A stretch of 64,000 bases of DNA from Dehalococcoidia bacterium (lineage in GTDB: Bacteria > Chloroflexota > Dehalococcoidia > Plut-88900). The translations under genes were made by a program, and so were the position numbers. Positions 38,529-48,562 of the stretch are shown here, piece after piece. The stretch spans positions 768,001 to 832,000 of the forward strand of contig CBDBLV010000005.1 in assembly GCA_965207225.1 (NCBI GenBank), read 5' to 3'. Under the pieces are notes generated by a model. It was not told where the DNA came from. It was given only the letters and a program-made list of their open reading frames with translations, and ran no database searches. Position 1 is the first letter of the stretch; each line of letters begins with the position of its first letter.

Positions 38529-40199
38529 TCACATCTCCTCCGGCGCCGACATCCCCATCAACCCCAGGCACCTCGCCAGCGCTATCCGGGCAGCGTACAC
38601 CAGCTTCAACCGGGCCTTGGAAAGCTCCTCATCCTCCCCCAGCACCCGACACTTCTCGTAGAAGCTGTGGAATATCGCCGCCAGGTCCTGCGAGTAGTGC
38701 GGCAGGTGTTGCGGCTCCAGCGTGTTCGCAATCAGCTCCAGCGTCTCCGGCAGCTTCAGCATCTGCCTTATTAGCTGCATCTCCGACTCCTCCCCCAGCA
38801 GCGACACGTCCCCCCCCGAGAAGTCGATTCCCTTCTCCTCCGCATTCCGCAGTATGCTGCACATCCGCGCATGGGCGTACTGCAGGTAGTATGCCGGGTT
38901 CTCCACCGACTGGCTCTTCGCCAGTTCCAGGTCGAACTCCATCTGGCTGTCCGCCGACCTCGCCAGGAAGAAGAACCGGCACGGGTCCGCCCCGACCTCA
39001 TCCACCACTTCCTTCAGCGTCACGATCTTCCCGCCCCTCTTCGAAAACTTGTCCACCTGACCGCCCCTCTTCAACGTCACCATCTGCGACACCAGTATGT
39101 CCAGCCGCGACGGATCGACACCCAGGGCCCCCACCGCTGCCTTCATCCTCGAAATATGCCCCTGATGATCGGCCCCCCATACGTTTATAACCCGGTTGAA
39201 CCCCCTGGTCACAAACTTGTCATAGTGGTATGCGATGTCCGACGCAAAGTACGTCGGGACGCCGCTGCCCCTCACCAGCACGTTGTCCTTGTCCTCCCCC
39301 AGCGCCGTCGACACGAACCACGTCGCACCGTCCCTCTCCCGTGTATGCCCCTCCGACTCCAGCCTCCCCATCGTCTCCTCGTACCTCCCCGACTCGAAGA
39401 GGCTCTGCTCGCTGAACCACACGTCGTGGTGGACGCCCATCTCCTCCAGGTCCCCCCTGATCAGGTCCAGCATCTTCCGAAGCCCGATCGCCCCGATCTC
39501 CCGTACCGCGTCCTCCTCCTCCTCCTCCTCCATATCCCGGAACCTCTCACCCTCCTCTTCTATGATCTCCTTCGCCACGTCCACCAGGTACGCCCCAACG
39601 TACCCCCCCGATGGCATTTCGGCCTCAATCCCCAACCCCTCCAGATAACGCGCATACAGCGACTGGTAGAAAAGCGACATCTGGTTCCCGGCATCGTTGA
39701 TGTAGTATTCCTGCTCAACAGACCACCCCGCCGCCTCCAGCATCCGCGCAAGCCCGCTCCCGAGCACCGCCCCCCGCCCGTGCCCCACGTGCAAGGGCCC
39801 CGTCGGGTTGACGCTCACGTACTCCACCTGCACCCGCTTCCCTCCCCCCGTGTCCACGTTCCCGTAAGACCCCCCGGCCTCGATGATTGTATCCACCTGC
39901 GCCTTCACCCACTCTGCCTTCAACCTGAAATTGATGAACCCCGGCTTGGCCAGTGTAACGCTCTCTATCTCCTCCGAGGTCTGCAGGTGGTCCAGCAGCC
40001 TCTGCGCTATGGCCATCGGACTCATGCTGGCGCTTCGGGCCAGCTTCAACGGTGCCGTAACCGCGTAGTCGCCGTGCTCTGCCTTTTGAGGTCTCTCCAC
40101 TACCACGTCCGGCAGTTCTATCTGCGGAAGTTCACCCTGCTCCTGGGCCTCTCGGAAGGACTTCCTGATCAGCGTATCAATATCGTCTCTGATAGCCAT
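38529..40199 (-). CDS. argS: arginine-tRNA ligase
   Basis: VEYVSVNPTGPLHVGHGR, YYINDAG.Q, WGADH, YLQYAHAR. Confidence 0.97.
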   Translation of the reverse strand: MAIRDDIDTLIRKSFREAQEQGELPQIELPDVVVERPQKAEHGDYAVTAPLKLARSASMSPMAIAQRLLDHLQTSEEIESVTLAKPGFINFRLKAEWVKAQVDTIIEAGGSYGNVDTGGGKRVQVEYVSVNPTGPLHVGHGRGAVLGSGLARMLEAAGWSVEQEYYINDAGNQMSLFYQSLYARYLEGLGIEAEMPSGGYVGAYLVDVAKEIIEEEGERFRDMEEEEEEDAVREIGAIGLRKMLDLIRGDLEEMGVHHDVWFSEQSLFESGRYEETMGRLESEGHTRERDGATWFVSTALGEDKDNVLVRGSGVPTYFASDIAYHYDKFVTRGFNRVINVWGADHQGHISRMKAAVGALGVDPSRLDILVSQMVTLKRGGQVDKFSKRGGKIVTLKEVVDEVGADPCRFFFLARSADSQMEFDLELAKSQSVENPAYYLQYAHARMCSILRNAEEKGIDFSGGDVSLLGEESEMQLIRQMLKLPETLELIANTLEPQHLPHYSQDLAAIFHSFYEKCRVLGEDEELSKARLKLVYAARIALARCLGLMGMSAPEEM

Positions 40200-40237
40200 A
40201 GATATCGCCTCTGCTTTTGGAAAACGCAGATTATAAC

Positions 40238-42667
40238 CTAAGCCTCGTTACCGCCAATGCTCCACCCCACCCCGAGCCCCTCCAGCTCCCTTGCCAGCCC
40301 GCGGTTCTCCGGCTTCTCGAGGAACGGGTCCGACTCCATTGCCTGCTCAGCCTCCTCCCTGGCCATCGCCAGCAGCTTCGTATCAGTTAACCTCGCCATC
40401 CGCAGGTCAGGCAGCCCGCTCTGCCGCGTCCCGAAGAACTCCCCCGGCCCCCGCAGCCTTAGGTCCTCTTCCGCCAGCACAAACCCGTCCCGGATCTCCG
40501 TCATCAGCCTCAGCCGTTCCTGGGCCTCCTCGGATGGGCGGTCTGCCAGGAGCAGGCAGTAGCTCTTCTCGCGCCCCCTCCCCACCCGACCCCTGAACTG
40601 GTGTAGCTGCGACAGCCCGAACCGCTCCGCACCCTCGATCATCATTACCGTCGCATTCGGAACATCGATCCCCACCTCCACCACCGCCGTCGACACCAGT
40701 ATGTCCAGCTCTCCCCTGCGGAACGCATCCATCACCTCGTCCTTCTCCACCGAGTTCAACCGACCATGCAGAAGCCCCAGTCTCAAATCCGGGAACACCT
40801 CCTCGGAAAGTCGCTCGTACTCCTTCGTCGCCGCCCGCGTCTGCAGCGCCTCCGACTCTTCCACCAGCGGGCAGATAACGAACGCCTGCCGACCCTTCTG
40901 CACCTGCTGCCTCACGAAGTCGTAGGCCAGTTCTCGCTGGTACGGCTTCACCCATTTCGTCTCTATCGGGATCCTCCCCGGCGGCATCTCGTCCAGCACG
41001 GAGACATCCAGGTCCCCATAGAGGGTCAGTGCTAGTGTCCTCGGTATCGGGGTAGCAGTCATAACTAGAAGGTGAGGACTCGCCCCCTTCTGCCTTAGTG
41101 CCGCCCGCTGCATCACCCCGAACCTGTGCTGCTCGTCCACCACGATCAGCCCCAGGTCCCGAAACTCGACCTCCTTCTGGATCAACGCCTGCGTCCCGAC
41201 CACTATGTCTATAGCCCCGTCCGCTATCTCCCTGTGCACCTCCCGCTTTGCCCCTTGTCTGATATCCCCGATCAGAAGCCCGACCCTCATCTCCCTCCCC
41301 ACCCTCGACCCCACCCTCTGCACCACATCACTCCCCGAAAGAGCGCCCGATTCATCCTCCAACAGCCCGCAAATGGTGCTGAAGTGCTGCTCAGCCAGTA
41401 TCTCCGTCGGCGCCATGATCGCCCCTTGCGCACCGTTTGCCACCGCCTGCAGCAGAGCCCCCGCCGCCACCACCGTTTTCCCGCTTCCCACATCCCCCTG
41501 CAGCAGCCGAGCCATCGGCCTCGATCCACCCATGTCCTCCAGCACCTCCCCCAACCCCCGACTTTGTGCCCCCGTCAACGGAAACGGCAGCGATTCAACG
41601 AAACGCCTCCCTAGGGCTTCATCCGCCGCGATGGGCCGAGCCTCCTGTCCCAGCTGCCACTCCCGCTTCCTCGCCAGTACGCGCAGTTGCATCAGGAGGA
41701 GCTCGTTAAAGGCCAGCCGCACCCGGGCCCTCTCCTTCACATCTTCATCTTCCGGATAGTGTGCCCGCGCTATCGCCTGCTTGATTGGCATTAGCTTCCT
41801 GCGTCGGATCAGACCCTCATCCAGGAATTCCGAGACCTTACCTATGCACAACTCCAACGTCCGACGCACCAGGTTTCGCACCGTCCTCTGGTACAACCCC
41901 TCCGTCAAGGGATAGACCGGCACCAGCCGGCCCGTGTGCGTCGACGACTTGTCGGAGATCACCTCGTATTCCGGGTTTTCAAACACCTTCCTACCCCGGA
42001 ATATCCTCACCCGACCCCCAACCGCAATCCTCTGATTGGCCTTTAGCGAGTGACCTAACCAGGTATTGTTGAACCAGACGATTTCGATGTTCCCTGTATC
42101 ATCTCCGATGATGACCTTCGACCCCTGCCTCCGTGGCCCGAGCCTCACGACCGACGCCTCCCAGATGAATCCTGTTGCTGTTTGGTCTTCGCCCGGCGTG
42201 AGGTCGGCTATCGGGTTCGTCTTTCGGAAGTCCAGGTGCCGGTTGGGGAAGAGATATATCAGGTCCCTCACCGTCGCAACTCCCAGCTTCGCTAACCTCT
42301 TCGCCGTAGCGTCCTGCACACCCTTGAGCGCCGTTACCGGATCAGCTGGATCGGGAGCTTCGCCTCGTGTCTCGGGCTTGGGTTTGGCTGGAGGCTTCCT
42401 CGCTGGCTTGGGCTTCGCCGCCGGTTCTCCCACAACTTTCCCCTCCCCCGACCTCTTCCCCAACGTTGCCAACGCCCCTTCTACCCACATCCTCCGCTCA
42501 CGTACCTCAAGGTCCTTGTAGCTATCAGGTATGGTCACCCCGCCCACCTTCATACCGCGCCACCGTTCCAGGAAGGAGTCGAGCCCCCCGATCATTGCCT
42601 TATCCTGGAACCCGAGGGCGCGCTCCTGTGATAAGACTTTCTTGAGGGTGTCCAGTCCAGGCTCCAT
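40238..42667 (-). CDS. recG: ATP-dependent DNA helicase RecG
   Basis: LQGDVGSGKT, DEQHRFGV.QR, MTATPIPRT, QLHQFRGRVGRG, DL.LRGPGE. Confidence 0.97.
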   Translation of the reverse strand: MEPGLDTLKKVLSQERALGFQDKAMIGGLDSFLERWRGMKVGGVTIPDSYKDLEVRERRMWVEGALATLGKRSGEGKVVGEPAAKPKPARKPPAKPKPETRGEAPDPADPVTALKGVQDATAKRLAKLGVATVRDLIYLFPNRHLDFRKTNPIADLTPGEDQTATGFIWEASVVRLGPRRQGSKVIIGDDTGNIEIVWFNNTWLGHSLKANQRIAVGGRVRIFRGRKVFENPEYEVISDKSSTHTGRLVPVYPLTEGLYQRTVRNLVRRTLELCIGKVSEFLDEGLIRRRKLMPIKQAIARAHYPEDEDVKERARVRLAFNELLLMQLRVLARKREWQLGQEARPIAADEALGRRFVESLPFPLTGAQSRGLGEVLEDMGGSRPMARLLQGDVGSGKTVVAAGALLQAVANGAQGAIMAPTEILAEQHFSTICGLLEDESGALSGSDVVQRVGSRVGREMRVGLLIGDIRQGAKREVHREIADGAIDIVVGTQALIQKEVEFRDLGLIVVDEQHRFGVMQRAALRQKGASPHLLVMTATPIPRTLALTLYGDLDVSVLDEMPPGRIPIETKWVKPYQRELAYDFVRQQVQKGRQAFVICPLVEESEALQTRAATKEYERLSEEVFPDLRLGLLHGRLNSVEKDEVMDAFRRGELDILVSTAVVEVGIDVPNATVMMIEGAERFGLSQLHQFRGRVGRGREKSYCLLLADRPSEEAQERLRLMTEIRDGFVLAEEDLRLRGPGEFFGTRQSGLPDLRMARLTDTKLLAMAREEAEQAMESDPFLEKPENRGLARELEGLGVGWSIGGNEA

Positions 42668-42698
42668 GGCCCGGCTATGCTGCTGCCAAGGGCCGCAC

Positions 42699-43553
42699 CT
42701 AGCCCGTGCTGAAGCCCAGCCCCAGTGCCCCCGGCCCGAGATGCGTCCCCAGTACCGGCCCGAATCGCGACAGTATCAGGTTCTCCGGGCTCACCAGTGG
42801 CCGCAGACTTTCCAGGACCGACTCCGCTTCCTCACGGTTTGTGCTGTAGGCAACCCCTGCCATCTTTATCTCCCCTTCTCCCCGCGCCTCTCCAATCAGA
42901 CGGTCCAGCCCCTTGCGCCGTGTCCTTACCCGCTCAAATGGATGGGCTTCGCCGTTTCTGACCTCCACTATCGGTATCACCTTTAGGATCGACAGCGGAC
43001 GCAGCGAGTTCCCCAGGAACGCCTGCACCTTCCCTATCCTGCCCCCCTTAGCCAGGTACTCCAGCGTCTCTAGCAGCGCCAGCGTCCTGGTCCCGGGCAT
43101 CATGTTCGTGACAAGCTGTTTCAGGTCCTCCATTGCCGCCCCTGCCTTCGCCGCCCGGGCCGCAGCGATTACTATCATGCCCAGCCCCATTGACACCTGC
43201 AGCGAGTCCATCACCTCCACCTTGTTTCCGCCTTCCATCTCCGACGCCGCCAACCGCGCAGAATTGTACGTCTGGCTCAGCTTCCCCGAGATGTGGATCG
43301 AGAGTATCTCGTCCGTCTCCTTCGCCACCTCCTTATATGCCTCAGCAAATACCCCCGCCGAGGGCTGGGACGTCGTCGGAAGCTTGTCCGAAGTGATCAG
43401 CTTCCTGTAAAACTCGTCCGCACTCAGGTCCACACCGTCCCGATATCCCTGGTCTCCGAACATGACCGTCAGAGGTACTACCGTAATGTCCAACTCCCGG
43501 CAAATCTCCGCCGGCAGGTCTGATGTGCTGTCCGTTACTATTCTCACTCCCAT
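42699..43553 (-). CDS. DegV family fatty-acid-binding protein (FakB-like)
   Basis: IVTDSTSDL, PTTSQPS, YLAKGGRIG, THLGPG. Confidence 0.93.
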   Translation of the reverse strand: MGVRIVTDSTSDLPAEICRELDITVVPLTVMFGDQGYRDGVDLSADEFYRKLITSDKLPTTSQPSAGVFAEAYKEVAKETDEILSIHISGKLSQTYNSARLAASEMEGGNKVEVMDSLQVSMGLGMIVIAAARAAKAGAAMEDLKQLVTNMMPGTRTLALLETLEYLAKGGRIGKVQAFLGNSLRPLSILKVIPIVEVRNGEAHPFERVRTRRKGLDRLIGEARGEGEIKMAGVAYSTNREEAESVLESLRPLVSPENLILSRFGPVLGTHLGPGALGLGFSTG

Positions 43554-43694
43554 CTTCCGCTCTTACCTTTCTTTGCCACTGTCTCCTTAACTCTCATTCT
43601 GATGCCCCACGAGGAATCTGGGTCAGGGCTTTAGGCATGGATGGCAATACCCGCTTCTCCAATAGCCCAAGAACAAAGAGTCATTCAAGGTACG

Positions 43695-45344
43695 CTATTC
43701 CAGCGAAACTATAAACTCGTAATGCGGCTGACCCCCGACCAACACTTCCACCTCCAGCGAAGGCACCACCTTCTCCAGAGCCCCGACCAATCGACCCTTC
43801 TCCTCTTCCCCCACCCCCTCCCCGCAGTACACCGTCGCCAGCGATACCCCCAGCCCCTCCAGCCTCCCCCCGAGCTCTCTGACCACTTCCTCAGGCTCGG
43901 AGCATGCTGCTGCCAACTCCCCATCCAGTATCCCAATCGAGTCTCCCTCATTCACCTTCAGCCCCTCCACCGACGTCTCCCGCACCGCCCGTGTGATTTC
44001 CAGGCAGTAAACTTCCTCCAGCGCCAAGCGCATCGACTCCACGTTCTCGTCCAGTTCAGCCGTCGAGTTAAAGGCCAGGGCTCCGGCCACACCCTGCGGC
44101 ACATTCACAGCCGCCACCACTTCAACCCGCTTGGAGACGACCTCCGCCGCCCTCTGAGCCGTAAGCACTACGTTCTTGTTGTTCGGCATCACTATCACCG
44201 ACTCAGCATCCAGAGACTCCACCGCTTCCACAATCTGTGCCACACTAGGGTTCATCGACTGCCCCCCCGACACAAAGGCCCCGACTCCCAGGCTTGCAAA
44301 CACTTCCTGTATCCCGGGCCCCGGCACCACCGCAACCATCCCTACCGATGCGTTTTGCCCATCCGAGCCCGCCCCCAGCCACGCCCCGTGCTGTTCGTCC
44401 ATGTCCTGCACGCTGACCTGGGATATCTCCCCGAAGCTCCTGCACAGCTCAACCACCTCATCAGGCGTAAAACTGTGGGTGTGCACCCTCACAACCTCAT
44501 GGTCCCCGACAACCACCGTCGACTCCCCAATCCCGCTCACTGCCGCTCTGATCTCCCCCGAGTCCAGCCCTTTCCCCCGGATTATGAACTGCGTGCAGTT
44601 CCCATATACCTGTTCACTGCCCTCCCCTCCCCCCATCGCCGAGACCCTTGCAATGGCATCCCGGTTTATCGCCGGTGGCGCCTCTCCGAGAGGTTCGTTC
44701 CTCAAGCCCTTCAGGGCACCTTGCAGGATTAGAAAAACGCCGTGTCCGCCCGCATCCACCACCCCCGCCTCCTTCAGTATCGGCAGCAGTTCCGGCGTCC
44801 TCTCCACCGAGGCCTCGGCCTCACTCACCGCATTTTCAAGCACCCCTTCCAGGTCACCCCCCGTGCCCGCCACCTCCTCCGCAGCCCGCGCCGCATCCTT
44901 GATCACCGTCAGCATCGTCCCCTCCACCGGCCTCTCCACACCCTTGTACGCCGATTCCGTCGCCAGCGATAGGCTTCTCGCCAGCGTCCGACCATCTAGC
45001 GCTCCTGCTCCGTCTATCCCGTCCGCAAACCCTTTCAGGATCTGCGACAGGATAACCCCACTGTTTCCCCGGGCCTCCATCAGCGCGCCCCACGCCAGCG
45101 CCTTGGCCTGTGGCCCGACTCCCGGCTCCGAGCACTCCATCGCCGCCTTCGACGCCGCGCGCAGGGTGAAAAGCATGTTCGTGCCCGTGTCGCCGTCGGG
45201 CACCGGAAAAACATTTAGGGAATCAACGTGGGCGGCGTTTACCTCCAGCCATCGCGTCGCCGCTTCGAACATGTTTAGCAGCGGCCCATGGTCGGCGCTC
45301 CGGCCATGGTAACGTGAAGTCTCGGCTTGTTCAGTGGATGTCAT
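43695..45344 (-). CDS. DAK2-domain fatty acid kinase subunit (FakA/YloV-like)
   Basis: LNVFPVPDGDTGTNM, ARGNSGVILSQ, GVVDAGG, GGQSMNPS, GGQPHY. Confidence 0.95.
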   Translation of the reverse strand: MTSTEQAETSRYHGRSADHGPLLNMFEAATRWLEVNAAHVDSLNVFPVPDGDTGTNMLFTLRAASKAAMECSEPGVGPQAKALAWGALMEARGNSGVILSQILKGFADGIDGAGALDGRTLARSLSLATESAYKGVERPVEGTMLTVIKDAARAAEEVAGTGGDLEGVLENAVSEAEASVERTPELLPILKEAGVVDAGGHGVFLILQGALKGLRNEPLGEAPPAINRDAIARVSAMGGGEGSEQVYGNCTQFIIRGKGLDSGEIRAAVSGIGESTVVVGDHEVVRVHTHSFTPDEVVELCRSFGEISQVSVQDMDEQHGAWLGAGSDGQNASVGMVAVVPGPGIQEVFASLGVGAFVSGGQSMNPSVAQIVEAVESLDAESVIVMPNNKNVVLTAQRAAEVVSKRVEVVAAVNVPQGVAGALAFNSTAELDENVESMRLALEEVYCLEITRAVRETSVEGLKVNEGDSIGILDGELAAACSEPEEVVRELGGRLEGLGVSLATVYCGEGVGEEEKGRLVGALEKVVPSLEVEVLVGGQPHYEFIVSLE

Positions 45345-45432
45345 TGGCTATGGAGCAACCCTTCCTCAGGTTGTAAATCGGGGTCGATTATGCTAATTTG
45401 ATATGCAGGATTCTACACTAAAGGCGACTAAA

Positions 45433-45618
45433 TTGGCCAAGTGCGAAATATGTAACAAAGTTCCCAGGTTCGGCCGGAATGTGAGCCACTCCAAGCGCCA
45501 TACCCCCCGTATGTATAAGCCGAACGTTCATCCGGTCCGACTGATGGTCAACGGAAAGCGTCAGAGGATGAACGTCTGCACCCGATGCCTCCGCACCCAA
45601 TACAAGCAGGTGTCGTGA
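45433..45618 (+). CDS. rpmB: 50S ribosomal protein L28 (Cys-containing form)
   Basis: (M)AKCEICNK.P.FG.NVSHS...PN...VCTRCLR; TTG start; divergent from DAK2. Confidence 0.95.
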   Translation: MAKCEICNKVPRFGRNVSHSKRHTPRMYKPNVHPVRLMVNGKRQRMNVCTRCLRTQYKQVS

Positions 45619-46364
45619 AGATACCGCGTTTTGTCTCCATACGCACATCCTTCCTCCCCACCATAGTTCTGTGCAGCCTGTTTACCCTTGCTATTGCCTG
45701 CGGAGGCTCTGCCGACTCGACTGCTACAGAGCCACCTCCCGCCCCCGACCCCACCGCAACCCAACCCCCCGCCGCAACTGATGTCCCCGATGAGGAGCCC
45801 GAGCCCACTGCACCTCCTGTAACCATAGATGTCTCGGATCGCGGCTGGAACGTCCTCGGCTCTCCCGACGCCCTGGTCACCGTCCTCGACTATAGCGACT
45901 TCCAATGAAGCAGCTGTAGGCGCTGGGCCCTTGGTACGGCCCAGGAGATTAAGTCCGCCTACGTGGACGACGGCCAGGTCAAAATGGTCTACCGTCACTA
46001 CGCTGTCTTGGGCTCCGAGTCTCGTACAATCGCCGAAGGTTCGGAGTGTGCCGGCGAACAGGGCGCTTTCTGGGATTACCATGACCACGCTTTCCAGGAC
46101 CGCAGCGGCGGTCGCGGCGTCGAAGGTCAGATCGCACGGGCTGAGACCCTCGGCCTCGACGTCCCCAAGTTCACCACCTGCATGGAAAATGCATCCCACG
46201 AAAGCACCGTTGCCGCCGACCTCGCGCAGGCCAGAGAAGACGGCGTCACTACCCAGCCGACCATTTTCGTCATCAGCGGCGACAAAATGACCAAGTTCGT
46301 CGGCGCCCGTTCCTTCGATGACGTTTCCGCCGTCATTGACGAATATCTGGGCGTCCAGTACTAG
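45615..46364 (+). CDS. probable selenoprotein: DsbA-like lipoprotein with U-S-S-C (Sec98, UGA 45906-45908), 249 aa
   Basis: GTG start overlaps the rpmB stop; lipobox LAIAC; VTVLDYSDFQ-TGA-SSCRRWA continues in frame into ORF 45963..46364. Confidence 0.85.
45923..45944 (+). promoter_or_regulatory. candidate bacterial SECIS
   Basis: CTGGGCC-CTTGGTAC-GGCCCAG beginning at +15 after the UGA. Confidence 0.65.
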
Positions 46365-46403
46365 TGACTCTCCTGCCAACCCGGAAACAACACCCTCTCT
46401 AGT

Positions 46404-47882
46404 ATGGTCACTTTTCCTCGCACCCCTTCTTCCTCGAAGTTCTTTCTCCTCATCGTCTGCATATCTGCTGTTGCTCTTGTTGCTTGGGCCTGTTCCTCCA
46501 CCCCTGACGCTGTAGTCCCCACCGCCACCTCAGCCCCAATCCCCACCAACACCCTCGTCCCCGGTGCAACTGCATCTCCTTCCGACACCCCCTCCCCCGA
46601 CCCCACAGCCACCGCCCCTCCCACCACTCGGGAATGGAATATCCTCGGACCCCTGGACGCCTCCGTCACCATCGCCGATTTCGGCGACTTTCAATGACCC
46701 GGCTGTAAGCACTGGGCCCGTGGAGCGGCCCTCGAAGTCAAGAAGACCTACGTCGATACTGGAATGGTCAACCTCGCCTACTTCCATTTCCCTCACATCA
46801 ACGACGATTCCTATCTTGCCGCCCTCGCCACCGAGTGCGCCGGCGAACAGGGTGCCTTCTGGCAGTACCACGACCACCTGTATATTAACCAGGGTGAAGG
46901 CGGCCGAGGCGCAGAAAGACTCGAAGGCTTTGCCGAAGACCTCGGCCTGGACACGGGTCAGTTCTCATCCTGCCTGGATTCTCGTAAATACGACGGCGTC
47001 ATCCAGAGGGACATTAACCTTGCCCTGCAAAACGATGTTTCCGTCACACCCACCATCTTCGTCCTCTCCAGCGACCCTACCGTGACCGGGGTAAAGTACG
47101 ACGGCTCCCCATCTTTCGAAGACATCTCTAGGGTCATCGACGAACTTCTGGCCACCCCCGACCCAAGCCCATCCCCCATCCCTGCCCCGACCCCAACCTC
47201 CACTACTGCCCACACGCCAACAACCGTGCCCATCTCACCCGAGCCAACCGCAACTTCTGTGCCCTCCTCCACCTCTGCCCCAACGCCTACTCCAACCCCG
47301 GCCCCTACGGCAACCCCAAGACCTACCCCAACCCCTTTCCCAATCTCCGTCCCTGAATCTGGACGCACTTGGAATGTCCTCGGTTCGCCTGATGCACCCG
47401 TCACCTTGGAAGACTTCAGCGACTTTCAATGACCGACTTGTAGGAACTGGGCCCTTGGACCGGCCCAGGAGCTAAAGCGAAAATACGTGGACAGTGGTCA
47501 ACTCAAACTTGTTTATAGACACACGGTAAATCTTGGCCGCAGTTCTGAGATTATGGCCCTGGGCGCGGAATGTGCGGGAGAGCAAGGGGCCTTCTGGGAA
47601 TTCCACGACGCCCGCTATCAGAGCCGCGCCGGAGATATCGCAGGTCAGGTTAGCTTGGCAAGTTCTCTCGGCCTGGATGCCGACCAGTTCTCTGGCTGCA
47701 TGAACTCTCAGAAATACTGGTCATCACTGGCCGAAGACAGAGCCCTGGCTAGAGGATATGGACTGGCGTACCAGCCCAACTTTGTAATATCAAGCGGCGG
47801 AGAATTCGAAATACGGATCGGATACAGAACCGCAGCGCAGCTCTCTGAAGTAATCGACAAATACCTGGACGTTGCTAACTAA
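46404..47882 (+). CDS. probable double selenoprotein: lipoprotein with two DsbA-like domains (U-P-G-C Sec98; U-P-T-C Sec343), 492 aa
   Basis: Lipobox AWAC; FGDFQ-TGA(46695)-PGCKHWA and FSDFQ-TGA(47430)-PTCRNWA; three track ORFs in one frame. Confidence 0.85.
46714..46731 (+). promoter_or_regulatory. candidate bacterial SECIS
   Basis: GGGCC-CGTGGAGC-GGCCC, with the loop at the same offset from the UGA as the other two. Confidence 0.55.
47447..47468 (+). promoter_or_regulatory. candidate bacterial SECIS
   Basis: CTGGGCC-CTTGGACC-GGCCCAG beginning at +15 after the UGA. Confidence 0.65.
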
Positions 47883-48562
47883 GCCTGACCAACGCTGGTC
47901 CTGAGCCGTGCAACAGCTTTCTCCACCGACTCCCGCTCATTAAACACCGCCGACCCCGCCACCAGCACCCTCGCCCCGGCCTCCACCACAATCGGCGCCG
48001 TCTCCGCATTTATCCCCCCATCCACCTCCAGCTCCGCCCCCGAACCCGCCTCGTCCAGCATAGCCCGCACCTTTGCAATCTTGCTCGTCACGCTGTGAAT
48101 GTACCTCTGCCCCCCGAAACCCGGGTTCACCGTCATTACCAGCACCAGGTCCACGTCCTCAATCACCGGCTCCAAGATAGACGCTGGCGTCCCCGGATTC
48201 AACGACACCCCCGCCCTCGCCCCCAGCTCCTTGATCTGGTAGATAACCCGGTGCAGGTGACGGCACGCCTCCGGGTGTACCGTCAGGATGTTCGCCCCCG
48301 CCTTGGCAAAGTCTGGGATCAGCTTGTCCGGCTCTTCGATCATCAGGTGTACGTCCAGTGGCAGCACCGTCCATGGCCTCACCCCCGACACTATGATCGG
48401 CCCAGCCGTCAGGTTCGGCACGAAATGCCCGTCCATGATGTCGACGTGAATGTAGTCCGCCCCCGCCCCCGACGCCTCCGCCACCTGTTCACCCAGACGA
48501 CCAAAGTCCGCCGAAAGAATCGACGGCGAGATCTTGATCTCAGTGCCTTCAGCCATCTGCAC
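47879..48562 (-). CDS. rpe: ribulose-phosphate 3-epimerase
   Basis: SPSILSADF, HVDIMDGHFVPN, DVHLM, MTVNPGFGGQ, EVDGGI. Confidence 0.97.
   Translation of the reverse strand: MQMAEGTEIKISPSILSADFGRLGEQVAEASGAGADYIHVDIMDGHFVPNLTAGPIIVSGVRPWTVLPLDVHLMIEEPDKLIPDFAKAGANILTVHPEACRHLHRVIYQIKELGARAGVSLNPGTPASILEPVIEDVDLVLVMTVNPGFGGQRYIHSVTSKIAKVRAMLDEAGSGAELEVDGGINAETAPIVVEAGARVLVAGSAVFNERESVEKAVARLRTSVGQA

Noticed and set aside
17413-40241. Long antisense or alternate-frame ORFs (e.g. 17413..18606, 25212..26159, 38871..40241) and 5' extensions such as 34226-34633
   Set aside because: Shadows of real genes caused by high GC and codon bias; no motifs
45585-47882. DsbA-like genes as nonsense pseudogenes, or genome-wide UGA reassignment
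   Set aside because: Three independent stops are all TGA at the catalytic Cys position with no other lesions; TGA is a normal stop elsewhere (e.g. rpmB, rny, ymdB)
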